Assembly: GCF_963921235.1 (NCBI RefSeq)
Contig: NC_086109.1
Coordinates: 248,001 to 312,000 of the forward strand
Source: Mobula hypostoma
Lineage: Eukaryota
DNA length: 64,000 nt
Direction of reading: 5' to 3'
How positions within the stretch are numbered: the stretch's first letter is position 1; every line of letters begins with the position of its first letter. A program made the translations under genes and the position numbers. The notes under the pieces were generated by a model that worked only from the letters and a program-made list of their open reading frames with translations, did no database searches and was not told where the DNA came from. Of this stretch, positions 1 to 12,800 are shown one piece after another.

Positions 1-390
1 CGTCTGGTATGGAGGCAGCAATACCCAGGAGCGGAATGAGCAGCAGAGAGTTGTAAACTCAGCCAGCTCCATCGTGGGCACTAGCCTCCCAGCATCCAGG
101 GCATTCTTTACCCTCAAGAAGCTCGCCGCCATCATTAAGGACGTTCGCTATCCAGGACATGCCCTCTTCTCATTGCTACCATTAGGGAGGAGATACAGGA
201 GCCTGAAGACACACACTCAACGTTAATGAAACAGCATCTTCCCCTCTGCCATCAGAGATCTGAAAGGACCATGAACACTTCCTCACTTTTTGCATCACTA
301 TTTTATTTTAAGTTGTAGTATCTTTGATACATTGCGCTGTACTACTGCCACAAAATAACAGATGTGTCAGTAAATATAAACCTGATTTTG
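1..390 (+). mobile_element. Rex1/Babar-type LINE 3' fragment (degenerate)
   Basis: Encodes remnants of the C-terminal motif (QRVVNSASSIVGTSLP...IIKD..YPGHALFSLLPLGRRYRSLKTHTQR) followed by an AT-rich 3' UTR ending TAAACCTGATT; closely similar to 445-982. Confidence 0.75.
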
Positions 391-444
391 AATAGTACAG
401 AAAACTAATACCAGGATGTTGCCTGAACTTGGGGGTCAGTCTGA

Positions 445-982
445 GATATGTGTAGACATAACTCATGTCAGGCTGCATCACTGGGGGGGGGGGGCTACTG
501 CACAGGACAAAAAGAAGCAGCAGACGGCCGAAATTTAGTCAGCTCTATCTTGGGTACTAGCCTACAAAGTACCCAGGACATTTTCAAGGAGCGGGGTCTC
601 AGAAAGGCAGCGTCCACTATTAGGGCCCTCCAGCACCCAGGGCATGCCCTTTTCTCACTGTTACCATCAGGTAAGAGGGTCAGAAGCCTGAAGGCACACA
701 GTCAGCGATTCAGGAACAGCTCCTTCCTCTCCGCCATCCGATTCCTAAATGGACATTGAACCCATGAACACTACCTCACTCTTTAATTATATATTATTTC
801 TACTTTTGCACTATTTTAATCTATTCAATATACGTATCCTGCAAATTGATTTACTTATTTATTGTTATTATTTTCTTTGTTTTTTTCTTCTTCTTCGATA
901 TTATGTATTGCATTGAACTGTTGCTGCTAAGTTAACAAATTCCACAACACATGCTGGCGATATCAAACCTGAAACTGATTCG
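445..982 (+). mobile_element. Rex1/Babar-type LINE 3' fragment
   Basis: ORF 448-759 ends HPGHALFSLLPSGKRVRSLKAHSQRFRNSSFLSAIRFLN, the C-terminus typical of this clade; T-rich UTR ends GATATCAAACCTGAAACTGATTC. Confidence 0.8.
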
Positions 983-1300
983 AGGACTTCATTCCCTGAC
1001 TGAGGGGTAACCTGAGTGAATCAGGAAGGGCACAGATGGGGTGAAAGTACACAGCCCTATTGCAGGGAAGAGGTGAAAGATTTTAAAGGGACATCGGGGC
1101 AGTCCTTCATACAAAGGAAGGTGCATATTTAGAACGAGTGGCCAGATATTGCTATTGAGGTAGGTGCCTTAACAACATTTAGAAACAATCTACATGATTA
1201 GGGAGAGGTTGCGAGGGCTACAGGCCAATCATGGGCAAGTGTGACTAGTTTCACTAGCGACATAGCACAGATGATCTGGGCTGAAGGGTCTGTTTTCATG
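983..1300 (+). mobile_element. Old CR1 LINE 3' end (upstream piece at about 400-445, split by the Rex insertion)
   Basis: Degenerate similarity to the CR1 3' ends at 51300-51575 and 57400-57736 (GAGGGCTA..GG, GGGCTGAAGGGTCTGTT); ACCAGGATGTTGCCTG at about 410-425. Confidence 0.55.
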
Positions 1301-1399
1301 CCATCTCTCTAGGACTCCCAGACACACACACAAAGACAGAATCTCAATGAACTCTCCCTTCATTCTTCTAAACTACAGAGATTACAAACTTAAAACGCA

Positions 1400-1630
1400 C
1401 GGTTTATTTCTTCCTTCAAATCCCACCCCCTGTCACTTTTTTCCCCACCCTCTCTTCTTCCCCATCTATCCCCCCTCCTCCCACTTTCTCCCTCCTCTCC
1501 CCCTCTTTCCCTCCCTTCCCGGCCTCTCCCTCTCCCTCTCCCCACCTCCACTCCCGTTCTACCCCTCCCCATCCCTGTCTCCTCCATTCCCGCTCACCAG
1601 ATACACCGCCGACCCTCTCCCTTCCTCCAC
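1400..1630. repeat. Polypyrimidine (C/T-rich) low-complexity tract
   Basis: Nearly pure C/T runs (CCCTCTCCCTCTCCCTCTCC etc.) on the + strand. Confidence 0.85.
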
Positions 1631-1790
1631 ATTGGGTCCTCACCTCTCTGATCCTCCGTCTGGCCGCCAGCCGCGCTCCAGGCCGCCAGCCCCCGCTGGC
1701 CTGCATGAGGTGCGCACCCCGCACCCCGCACCCGCACCCCGCACCCCGCACCTCCCGCTTCGCGTTGCTCGTACCTCCACTTACACACGC
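1590..1790. promoter_or_regulatory. Small CpG/GC-rich patch; candidate promoter or first exon
   Basis: Cluster of CpGs in otherwise CpG-poor DNA, GC-box-like GGGGTGCGGGG repeats on the minus strand, minus-strand donor-like sites CTG|GTGAGC (1592-1600) and GAG|GTGAGG (1638-1646). Confidence 0.3.
1714..1756. repeat. (GCACCCC)n short tandem repeat, G-quadruplex-forming pattern on the minus strand
   Basis: gcaccccgcaccccgcacccgcaccccgcaccccgcacc; the reverse strand has five G3-4 tracts with TGC loops. Confidence 0.8.
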
Positions 1791-2259
1791 TCCCTAACTT
1801 TGCTAACGAACACTTCCTCTGAATTCTCACACGCTCCCTTACTTCCTGGTCACGCACAACATTACACACGCGCCCTGACTTCCCGTTCACTGTATACAAA
1901 GCTCCCCAATCCTCAATTTGCACACACTCCCTTATTCCATGTTTATAGACGTCCCCTAAACACCTATTTCTACTTCTCTCATTCTCTGTATGTACACATC
2001 TCACTATTGTCGGTGTATACGCAGCCACCCAACTTCTCACACACACTGTTACTCTTTTTCTGCCTCTTACTACCACTCTCTTCACCAGTAAGTGAGGGAG
2101 GGTAAATTTTCTTACTCCCTCCATTGACACACAGTCTCTGCTTTTAATACCTCCAGCTTCACAATCACAAATGGTTCTGGACCGGACACCCCTGCCCGCA
2201 GGTTCCCTTCCTTTCCGTCCTGTTCCAAAGACTGTCCCCACCCACCCCCCAATCTCCCC

Positions 2260-2560
2260 GATTGACACTGACCCTCTGATCCATACACCATCCTAGACAC
2301 TGACCCCCACGATAAACACCTACCCCGGAACACTGACCCAGTCCCAGAGACTGTCCCCGCCACCCACACTCAGTGACACTGACGTACTGATCCTTATCTA
2401 CACCTAAATGGGTGTCACTGACATCCCCCTGTCTCTGATAACCTTCCTCAGTGTCACTGATGTTGCAAACACCGACCTTACCTCCTACATTCACATTTAT
2501 ATAACCAGCAGCAAGAGTCTGATCCAGGTTTATTACCTCTGACATCCCGACACCGATCCC
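2260..2560. repeat. Degenerate repeats of a CAC(T/C)GAC(C) motif
   Basis: Recurring acactgaccc / cactgac / caccgac at irregular spacing. Confidence 0.4.
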
Positions 2561-2609
2561 TGTGCTACATCATAGGTCACATCGAGTTCCCAAACTCTTC
2601 CACCACCAC

Positions 2610-2905
2610 CTCGTGCCCTTGTTACCAGTCCAACTTTGGATTAACTCGCCAATCTGCCCTGGATCCCATGGGCCCAAACATTTTGGACCAGTGTCCCATG
2701 TAGGACCTTGTCAAAGGTGATACTGAAGTCCTTGTAAGCACATCTGCTGCAGTGTTTTAGTCAACATTTCTAGTTATCTCTTCACAGACAGGATCTCCCA
2801 CAACAAACCTGTGCTGACTATCTCTGATCGATGCCAGCCGCTGTGTGTAAATTAATCTTGCCCTTCAGAACTGCATTCTAATAAGTTCTCTACTGATAAT
2901 TTAAG
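2610..2905 (-). mobile_element. CR1 LINE RT fragment (degenerate)
   Basis: cccatgtaggaccttgtcaaagg..actgaagtcc is the reverse complement of the DFS..FDKV.HG-coding segment seen in other CR1 copies in the window. Confidence 0.7.
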
Positions 2906-3424
2906 GTGCCAACATCTTCTTGTGGAATGACCAGAAACTACTGTTCATATCGGTAACAGTGATGTGGGACAGGCTCCTGCGAAGGAGACAGGGAGCAGAG
3001 TTCCAGGGTTTTATTTTCAGGATCATTGTCCACACCACACTCTCCTGAGCACGGAATAGGAAGAGAGGCCAGAAAGAAGTGACTTAGGAGAGCGAGAATA
3101 AGACAGGAGAAGACCTTGGAAACTAGGATTAAGGAAATCCCCAAGATATTCTACACATATCTGAAGAACAGGGGGATGACTCGAGCAAGAGTAGGACTGA
3201 TCAGGGATAAAAGGGAAGTTATTCCTGGAATTTGAAGAGGTAGTGGAGATTCTTAATGAATATTTTGCTTATTCCCCAGTGAGAGGGACCTAGGCAAATC
3301 TGAGGACAGCATAGAAGAGGCTAAAATGCTGGAACATGTCAAGACTTAAGAAGTGGACATGCTGCAACTTTTGAAAACCAGTGGAGTAGATGCCCCCAGG
3401 GCAGGGCTAGTAATCAGGTTAGTA

Positions 3425-3476
3425 AGATTGCTGCCTGGCCTGCTGCATTCACCAGCAACTTTGATGTGTGTTGCTT
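3425..3476 (+). mobile_element. Short fragment of Penelope-like terminal repeat family (no ribozyme core)
   Basis: gctgcctggcctgctgcattcaccagcaactttgatgtgtgttgc matches the reverse complement of about 47804-47850 and the + strand of 41896-41932. Confidence 0.6.
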
Positions 3477-3651
3477 GAAGAGATTGTTCCGCCTTTGGTG
3501 ATTATCTTTAGAAGTAGTACCAGAGGATTTGAGGATGGCAAATGTTATTCCTTTGTTCAAGAAAGTTAATAGGGATAATCTCGGGAATTCTAAACCCATG
3601 AGTATTATGTCAGTGGTAGGCAAACTATTGGAGAGGATTCTTAGAGACGAG

Positions 3652-4583
3652 CATTTGAATTTGAATTTTTAAAAATCTTATATCCATCTCACAATGTGAG
3701 GGAGTAAAAATCTTTGTGTTATGACTCCATCACAATGTACAGACATGAATTTAAGAGTCTAATGGCTTGTAGAAAGAAGCTGTCCCGTAGCCTGTTGGTC
3801 TCGCAGTTTTAATGCTGTGGTACTGTTTACCAGACAGAAGCAGCTGAAACAGTTTATGGTCGGGGTGACTGGTGTCCCCAATGATCTTCCAGGCCTTCTT
3901 TCCTCAATGGAGGGCAGTTCACATCCACAGATGTGCTGGGCTGTCTGTACCACTCTCTGCAGAGCCCAGCCGTTAAGGTTGGTGCAGTTCCTGTACCAGA
4001 CGGTGATACAGCCAGTCAGGATGATCCCAATGGTGCCCTGCAGAAGGTCTTGAGGATTTGGGGGCTCATGCCGTACCTCTTCAGTCGCCTGATGTGGAAG
4101 AGACGATGTTGTGCTTTCTCTGCCACACAGCTAGTGTGTACAGTCTAGGTGAGATCTTCGGTGATGAGTATACCGAGGAACTTGAAACTACTCACCCTCT
4201 CAACTGTAGCCCCATTGATATTGATCGGGCTGAACCTGTCTCCGTACCTCCTGTAATCCACGATCAGCTCTTTTTGTTGCTTGGACATTGAGGGAGAGGT
4301 TGTTATCTTGGCACCACTGTGTCAGGGTGTTAACCTCTCCTCTGTAGGCTGTCTCGACACTGCTAGAAATAAGGCTGATCAAAGTCATGTCATCCATGAA
4401 TTTGGTCAGCAGATTAGAGCTGTGTGTGGCAGCACAGTCGTGGGTGTAAAGGGAGTAGAGAAGGGGACTCAGGACACAACCCTGGGGGCACCTGTGTTGA
4501 GGGTCAGAGGGGCAGAGGTGAGGGAGACCATCCTTACCACTTGTTGGCAATCTGATAGGAAATCTAGGATCCAGCTGCTCAGG
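3652..4583 (-). mobile_element. 5'-truncated Rex1/Babar LINE (RT to 3' end)
   Basis: Minus-strand PQGCVLSPLLYSLYTHDC...KFMDD...YRGEV..L..WCQDNNLSLNV (ORF 4200-4550), MVQTAQHICGCELPSIE, and a (TTCAAA)n tail; GCATTTG present at both junctions. Confidence 0.85.
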
Positions 4584-4902
4584 GCATTTGGAGCCGCATA
4601 TTCTGATTAGGGATATTCAGCGTGACTTTGTGAAGTGCAGGTCATGCCTTTCAAAGCTGATTGAATTCTTTGAGGATGTGAAAAGTATATTGCTGAAGGT
4701 AGAGCAGTGGATATGATATATCTGGATTTTAGTAAGGCTCCCATGGTAGACTTATTCAGAAAGTCAGGAAGCATGGGATCCAGGGACTGGGCTGTGTGAG
4801 TTCAGAAGTGGTATGCCCACAGAGGTAGAGGGTGGAAGGAGATGGACCTTATTCTGCCTGGATGTTGGTAACCAGTAGTGTTCCACAGGGATCTGTTCTA
4901 GG

Positions 4903-6865
4903 GGCCCAAGATGGCGCTGGTGATACATAGTAAAGTTTTGCTGGCAGCTCACAAAACAACTTGAAAAACTTCTTTTCAGCTATGATTGCTGCAATCTGGA
5001 GCGTGTAGTTTCCCTTTAAGAAATATACTTTTGAATAGTCTAAACGAACTAGTGGTTTTACAGTCTCCTGAAGGAGTCAGTGAGCTTGACTCTCACGAAT
5101 GCACATATGGCATCTTGAACTGGATGAAGGTCAGCCATTGATGGAATAGAGGGCACCGGGGAAGACTGGACCGGTATGAGCCTCCGGGTCCCAAGCATCC
5201 TCCCGGCCCATGTAGAGTCACAGGAGAACAAGACTGAGTACTCAACGGCAAGAGGAGGAAATTGAGAGATTTATGCATTCTCTGTTTCACTGAGACAGCG
5301 CTTGTCCCTGACACTCTGGATCTGGTGTTCCTGGTCAAGGGGTTCTCAATCCACCGCACAGACCAAATTGCAGGTTCGAAGAAGGATAAATTCTTTGTGG
5401 TGCTTATACGTAGTGTCCTTGCCAAATTCTTGTTCTCCTGACCTGGAGCATCTAACAATAAGTCTCAACCGTTCTACTTACCAAAAGAGTTGTCTGCCCT
5501 GATCCTAACCATAGTTTACATACTGCCAAAGTCGGTTGTTAAGTAAAATGCCATGATTGTAAAACAAGAAACTGTCTACCTTGATACCTTTCACAACCTT
5601 GGCAGGTATTTCACTCGGGCTAGCTTGAAGAAATCTCCGCCCAGTTAGCATCAGCCCATCACCTGCAGCATCAGGGATCCCAATGTCCTTGATTACTGCT
5701 ACACTATCATCAGACATGCCTACCATTGCATCTCCAGAACATATGGTGTGAAATCCGATCATCGGCTGTCTTTCTCCTGTCTGCGTACGGGCACAGGCTG
5801 AAAAGCAGGGCACCACAGGTAAGGACAGCAGGAGGCAGAGGAGTGGCTATGACATTCTTTAAACCATGTTCAAGGATTCTTTAGAGGACCTGATTATTAC
5901 AGACTTTATAAAGACACTCGTAAACAAATATGTCCTCACAAAATATTTCAGACTTTCCCCTAACCAGAAACCCTAGATGAACCAAGATACCGGCAATCAG
6001 CTGAGGGCTAAATCAATGGCATTCATGTTTGACAAGCGGTCCAGGTATGACCTCCAGAAAACCATTTCACATGCGACCTGGCAATTCCATTCCAAACTGA
6101 AATGACTGAAGGATGCTCGACAGCTATGGCAGACCTCCAGCAGAGGGAAACTAAGTGACATAGGTGACAACAAGCTTTCTCTCCCAGAAGAGGACAATGC
6201 CTTTTATGCTTGCTTTGACCAACAGAACATGGAGGAATTATTACAAACTCCTATAGCCTCTGACAACCCAAGAGGATAGGACATTTTTTAGTCTCTGAGG
6301 CTGATGTGAGAACATCCTACAGGAGAGTGAGCCCATGGACAAAATCTGGCCCAGACAGGGTACCAGGCTGAATTCTAAAAACCTGCACTGATCAACTGGC
6401 TGGAGTGTTCACTGATACCTTTAATCTTTTGCCTCAGCATTGTGAAGTACCCACCTGCTTCAAACAGGCGTCAATTACACCAGTACATACGAAGAAGGTG
6501 GTAACGTCCCTCAATAACTATCATCCAGTACCATTTATATCCACTGTGATGAAGTGCTTTGAGAGATTGGACATGAAGCATATCAACTTCTGCCTGATGA
6601 ATGACCAATATGTCTATCATCACAACAGGTCAACAGCAGTTGTCATTTCATTGGCTCTTCATTCTTCAATTAGATCATCTAGACAGTGAAGATACATATA
6701 ACAGATTGCTCTTGACAGACTACATCTGAGCATTCAATACTACCATCCCCTCAAAAGAAATCTGTAAGCTCCAAGAGCTTGGCCTCAAAACCTCCTTGTG
6801 CAACTAGGGCTATCATTTCCTTGCTTGCAGACCCTAGTCAGTTTGAATTGGCAACAGCATCTCCA
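4903..6865 (+). mobile_element. Rex1/Babar LINE, 5' half (5' end, APE endonuclease remnant, N-terminal RT)
   Basis: Begins CAAGATGGCG; LRDLCILCFTET at about 5265-5300; LKTCTDQLAGVFTDTFNL...VPTCFKQASITPV...NNYHPVPFISTVMKCFERL (ORF 6405-6689); AFNTTIP; ends V*IGNSISTTISLST running into the array. Many stops and frameshifts. Confidence 0.85.
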
Positions 6866-9800
6866 CCACAATCTCCCTCAGCACAGACGCCTCACATCGC
6901 AGTCTCCCTCAGCACAGACGCCTCACACCGCAGTCTCCCTCAGCACAGACGCCTCACACGGCAGTATCCCTCAGCACAGACGCCTCACACTGCAGTCCCC
7001 CTCAGCACAGACGCCTCACACTGCAGTCCCCCTCAGCACAGACGCCTCACACTGCAGTCCCCCTCAGCACAGACGCCTCACACTGCAGTCTCCCTCAGCA
7101 CAGACGCCTCACACGGCAGTATCCCTCAGCACAGACGCCTCACACTGCAGTCCCCCTCAGCACAGACGCCTCACACTGCAGTCCCCCTCAGCACAGACGC
7201 CTCACACTGCAGTCTCCCTCAGCACAGACGCCGCACACCGCAGTCTCCCTCAGCACAGACGCCTCACAGCACAGTCTCCCTCAGCACAGACGCCTCACAC
7301 CGCAGTCTCCCTCAGCACAGACGCCACACACCGCAGTCTCCCTCAGCACAGACGTGTCACACCGCAGTCGCCCTCGGCACAGACGTGTCACACCGCAGTC
7401 TCCCTCAGCACAGACGTGTCACACCGCAGTCTCCCTCAGCACAGACGTGTCACACCGCAGTCGCCCTCGGCACAGACGCCTCACACTGCAGTCTCTCTCA
7501 GCACAGACGGCACACACTGCAGTCTCCCTCAGCACAGACGCCTCACAGCGCAGTCTCCCTCAGCACAGACGCCTCACACAGCAGTCTCCCTAAGCACAGA
7601 CGCCTCACACCGCAGTCTCCCTCAGCACAGAAGCCTCACACCGCAGTCTCCCTCAGCTCAGACGCCTCACACCGCAGTCTCTCTCAGCACAGACGTGTCA
7701 CACCGCAGTCTCCCTCAGCACAGACGCCTCACACCGCAGTCTCCGTCAGCACAGGCGCCTCACACCGCAGTCTCCCTCAGCACAGGCGCCTCACACCGCA
7801 GTCTCCCTCAGCACAGGCGCCTCACACCGCAGTCTCCCTCAGCACAGACGCCTCACACCGCAGTCTCCGTCAGCACAGACGCGTCACACCGCAGTCTCCC
7901 TCAGCACAGACGCCTCACACCGCAGTCTCCATCAGCACAGACGCATCACACCGCAGTCTCCCTCAGCACAGACGCCTCACACCGCAGTCTCGCTCAGCAC
8001 AGACGTGTCACACCGCAGTCTCCCTCAGCACAGACGCCTCACACCGCAGTCTTTCTCAGCACAGGCGCCTCACACCGCAGTCTCCGTCAGCACAGACGCG
8101 TCACACGGCAGTCTCCGTCAGCACAGACGCCTCACACCGCAGTCTCCCTCAGCACAGACGCCTCACACCGCAGTCTCCCTCAGCACAGACGCCTCACACC
8201 GCAGTCTCCCTCAGCACAGACGCCTCACACGGCAGTATCCCTCAGCACAGACGCCTCACACTGCAGTCCCCCTCAGCACAGACGCCTCACACTGCAGTCC
8301 CCCTCAGCACAGACGCCTCACACTGCAGTCTCCCTCAGCACAGACGCCTCACACCGCAGTCTCCCTCAGCACAGACGCCTCACAGCACAGTCTCCCTCAG
8401 CACAGACGCCTCACACCGCAGTCTCCCTCAGCACAGACGCCACACACCGCAGTCTCCCTCAGCACAGACGTGTCACACCGCAGTCGCCCTCGGCACAGAC
8501 GTGTCACACCGCAGTCTCCCTCAGCACAGACGTGTCACACCGCAGGCTCCCTCAGCACAGACGTGTCACACCGCAGTCGCCCTCGGCACAGACGCCTCAC
8601 ACTGCAGTCTCTCTCAGCACAGACGCCACACACTGCAGTCTCCCTCAGCACAGACGCCTCACAGCGCAGTCTCCCTCAGCACAGACGCCTCACACAGCAG
8701 TCTCCCTAAGCACAGACGCCTCACACCGCAGTCTCCGTCAGCACAGAAGCCTCACACCGCAGTCTCCCTCAGCTCACACGCCTCACTCCGCAGTCTCCGT
8801 CAGCACAGACGCGTCACACCGCAGTCTCCCTCAGCACAGATGCCTCACACCGCAGTCTCTCTCAGCACAGACGTGTCACACCGCAGTCTCCCTCAGCACA
8901 GACGCCTCACACCGCAGTCTCCGTCAGCACAGGCGCCTCACACCGCAGTCTCCCTCAGCACAGGCGCCTCACACCGCAGTCTCCCTCAGCACAGACGCCT
9001 CACACCGCAGTCTCCGTCAGCACAGACGCGTCACACAGCAGTCTCCCTCAGCACAGACGCCTCACACCGCAGTCTCCATCAGCACAGACGCATCACACCG
9101 CAGTCTCCCTCAGCACAGACGCCTCACACCGCAGTCTCCCTCAGCACTGACGCCTCACACCGCAGTCTCGCTCAGCACAGACGTGTCACACCGCAGTCTC
9201 CCTCAGCACAGACGCCTCACACCGCAGTCTCTCTCAGCACAGGCGCCTCACACCGCAGTCTCCGTCAGCACAGACGCGTCACACGGCAGTCTCCGTCAGC
9301 ACAGACGCCTCACACCGCAGTCTCCGTCAGCACAGACGCCTCACACCGCAGTCTCCCTCAGCACAGACGTGTCACACCGCAGTCTCTCTCAGCACAGATG
9401 CCTCACACCGCAGTGTCCCTCAGCTCAGGCGCCTCACTCCGCAGTCTCCGTCAGCACAGACGCGTCACACCGCAGTCTCCCTCAGCACAGACGCCTCACA
9501 CCGCAGTCTCTCTCAGCACAGACGCGTCACACCGCAGTCTCCTTCAGCACAGACGTGTCACACTGCACTCTCCCTCAGCACAGATGCGTCAAACCGCAGT
9601 CTCCCTCAGCAAGACGCCTCACACCGCAGTCTCCGTCAGCACAGGCGCCTCACACCGCAGTCTCCCTCAGCACAGGCGCCTCACACCGCAGTCTCCCTCA
9701 GCACAGACGCCTCACACCGCAGTCTCCGTCAGCACAGACGTGTCACACCGCAGTCTCCCTCAGCACAGATGCGTGAAACCGCAGTCTCCCTCAGCACAGA

Positions 9801-12800
9801 CGCCTCACACCGCAGTCTCCGTCAGCACAGGCGCCTCACACCGCAGTATCCCTCAGCACAGACGCCTCACACTACAGTCTCCCTCAGCACAGACGCCTCA
9901 CACCGCAGTCTCCCTCAGCACAGATGCCTCACACCGCAGTCTCCTTCAGCACAGGCGCCTCACACCGCAGTCTCCCACAGCACAGGCGCCTCACACCGCA
10001 CTCTTCCTCAGCACAGACGCCTCACACCGCAGTCTCCCTCAGCACAGACGTGGCACACCGCAGTCGACCTCGGCACAGACGTGTCACACTGCAGTCTCTC
10101 TCAGCACAGACGCCACACACAGCAGTCTCCCTCAGCACAGACGCCTCACAGCGCAGTCTCCCTCAGCACAGAAGCCTCACACCGCAGTCTCCCTCAGCTC
10201 AGACGCCTCACTCCGCAGTCTCCGTCAGCACAGACGCGTCACACCGCAGTCTCCTTCAGCACAGACGCCTCACACCGCAGTCTCTCTCAGCACAGACGTG
10301 TCACACCGCAGTCTCCCTCAGCACAGACGTGTCACACCGCAGTCTCCCTCAGCACAGACGCGTCAAACCGCAGTCTCCCTCAGCACAGACGCCTCACACC
10401 GCAGTCTCCGTCAGCACAGGCGCCTCACACCGCAGTCTCCCTCAGCACAGACGCCTCACAGCACAGACTCCGTCAGCACAGACGCCTCACAGCACAGACT
10501 CCGTCAGCACAGACGCCCTACACCGCAGTCTCCGTCAGCACAGACGCCTCACTCCGCAGTTTCCCTCAGCACAGACGCCTCACACCGCAGTGTCCCTCAG
10601 CACAGACACCTCACACCGCAGTCTCCGTCAGCACAGACGCCTCAAACTGCAGTCTCTCTCAGCACAGACGCCTCACACCGCAGTCTCTCTCAGCACAGAC
10701 GCCACACACTGCAGTCTCCCTCAGCACAGACGCCTCACAGCGCAGTCTCCCTCAGCACAGACGCCTCACACAGCAGTCTCCCTAAGCACAGACGCCTCAC
10801 ACCGCAGTCTCCCTCAGCACAGAAGCCTCACACCGCAGTCTCCCTCAGCTCAGACGCCTCACACCGCAGTCTCTCTCAGCACAGACGTGTCACACCGCAG
10901 TCTCCCTCAGCACAGACGCCTCACACCGCAGTCTCCGTCAGCACAGGCGCCTCACACCGCAGTCTCCCTCAGCACAGGCGCCTCACACCGCAGTCTCCCT
11001 CAGCACAGGCGCCTCACACCGCAGTCTCCCTCAGCACAGACGCCTCACACCGCATTCTCCGTCAGCACAGACGCGTCACACCGCAGTCTCCCTCAGCACA
11101 GACGCCTCACACCGCAGTCTCCATCAGCACAGACGCATCACACCGCAGTCTCCCTCAGCACAGACGCCTCACACCGCAGTCTCCCTCAGCACTGACGCCT
11201 CACACCGCAGTCTCGCTCAGCACAGACGTGTCACACCGCAGTCTCCCTCAGCACAGACGCCTCACACCGCAGTCTTTCTCAGCACAGGCGCCTCACACCG
11301 CAGTCTCCGTCAGCACAGACGCGTCACACGGCAGTCTCCGTCAGCACAGACGCCTCACACCGCAGTCTCCCTCAGCACAGACGCCTCACACCGCAGTCTC
11401 CCTCAGCACAGACGCCTCACACGGCAGTATCCCTCAGCACAGACGCCTCACACCGCAGTCTCCATCAGCACAGACGCATCACACCGCAGTCTCCCTCAGC
11501 ACAGACGCCTCACACCGCAGTCTTTCTCAGCACAGGCGCCTCACACCGCAGTCTCCGTCAGCACAGACGCCTCACACCGTAGTCTCCCTCAGCACAGACG
11601 CCTCACACGGCAGTATCCCTCAGCACAGACGCCTCACACTGCAGTCCCCCTCAGCACAGACGCCTCACACTGCAGTCCCCCTCAGCACAGACGCCTCACA
11701 CAGCAGTCTCCCTCAGCACAGACGCCTCACACCGCAGTCTCCCTCAGCACAGACGCCTCACAGCACAGTCTCCCTCAGCACAGACGCCTCACACCGCAGT
11801 CTCCCTCAGCACAGACGCCACACACCGCAGTCTCCCTCAGCACAGACGTGTCAAACCGCAGTCGCCCTCGGCACAGACGTGTCACACCGCAGTCTCCCTC
11901 AGCACAGACGTGTCACACCGCAGGCTCCCTCAGCACAGACGTGTCACACCGCAGTCGCCCTCGGCACAGACGCCTCACACTGCAGTCTCTCTCAGCACAG
12001 ACGCCACACACTGCAGTCTCCCTCAGCACAGACGCCTCACAGCGCAGTCTCCCTCAGCACAGACGCCTCACACCGCAGTCTCCCTCAGCACAGAAGCCTC
12101 ACACCGCAGTCTCCCTCAGCTCACACGCCTCACTCCGCAGTCTCCGTCAGCACAGACGCGTCACACCGCAGTCTCCCTCAGCACAGATGCCTCACACCGC
12201 AGTCTCTCTCAGCACAGACGTGTCACACCGCAGTCTCCCTCAGCACAGACGCCTCACACCGCAGTCTCCGTCAGCACAGGCGCCTCACACCGCAGTCTCC
12301 CTCAGCACAGGCGCCTCACACCGCAGTCTCCCTCAGCACAGACGCCTCACACCGCAGTCTCCGTCAGCACAGACGCGTCACACAGCAGTCTCCCTCAGCA
12401 CAGACGCCTCACACCGCAGTCTCCATCAGCACAGACGCATCACACCGCAGTCTCCCTCAGCACAGACGCCTCACACCGCAGTCTCTCTCAGCACAGACGC
12501 GTCACACCGCAGTCTCCTTCAGCACAGACGTGTCACACTGCACTCTCCCTCAGCACAGATGCGTCAAACCGCAGTCTCCCTCAGCAAGACGCCTCACACC
12601 GCAGTCTCCGTCAGCACAGGCGCCTCACACCGCAGTCTCCCTCAGCACAGGCGCCTCACACCGCAGTCTCCCTCAGCACAGACGCCTCACACCGCAGTCT
12701 CCCTCAGCACAGACGTGTCACACCGCAGTCTCTCTCAGCACAGACGCCTCACACCGCAGTGTCCCTCAGCTCAGGCGCCTCACTCCGCAGTCTCCGTCAG

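Larger units (their letters stand above)
3095..4900 (+). mobile_element. CR1 LINE ORF2 fragment, interrupted by a Penelope-derived piece (3425-3476) and a Rex LINE (3652-4583)
   Basis: RIKE.PK.FY, LNEYFA, EDLRMANVIPLFKK, then after the insertion LDFSKA and VPQGSVLG; collinear with CR1 copies at 46060-51575 and 55897-57736. Confidence 0.8.

Noticed and set aside
2060..2095. Splice-site-like CTCTCTTCACCAGTAAGT on the + strand
   Set aside because: It reads equally as an acceptor or a donor and no partner site or coding exon could be identified.
1347..2545. Pro-rich and Gly/Arg-rich ORFs (1347-2105 +, 1594-2268 - and others)
   Set aside because: They are translations of low-complexity C/T-rich sequence with no recognisable domain.
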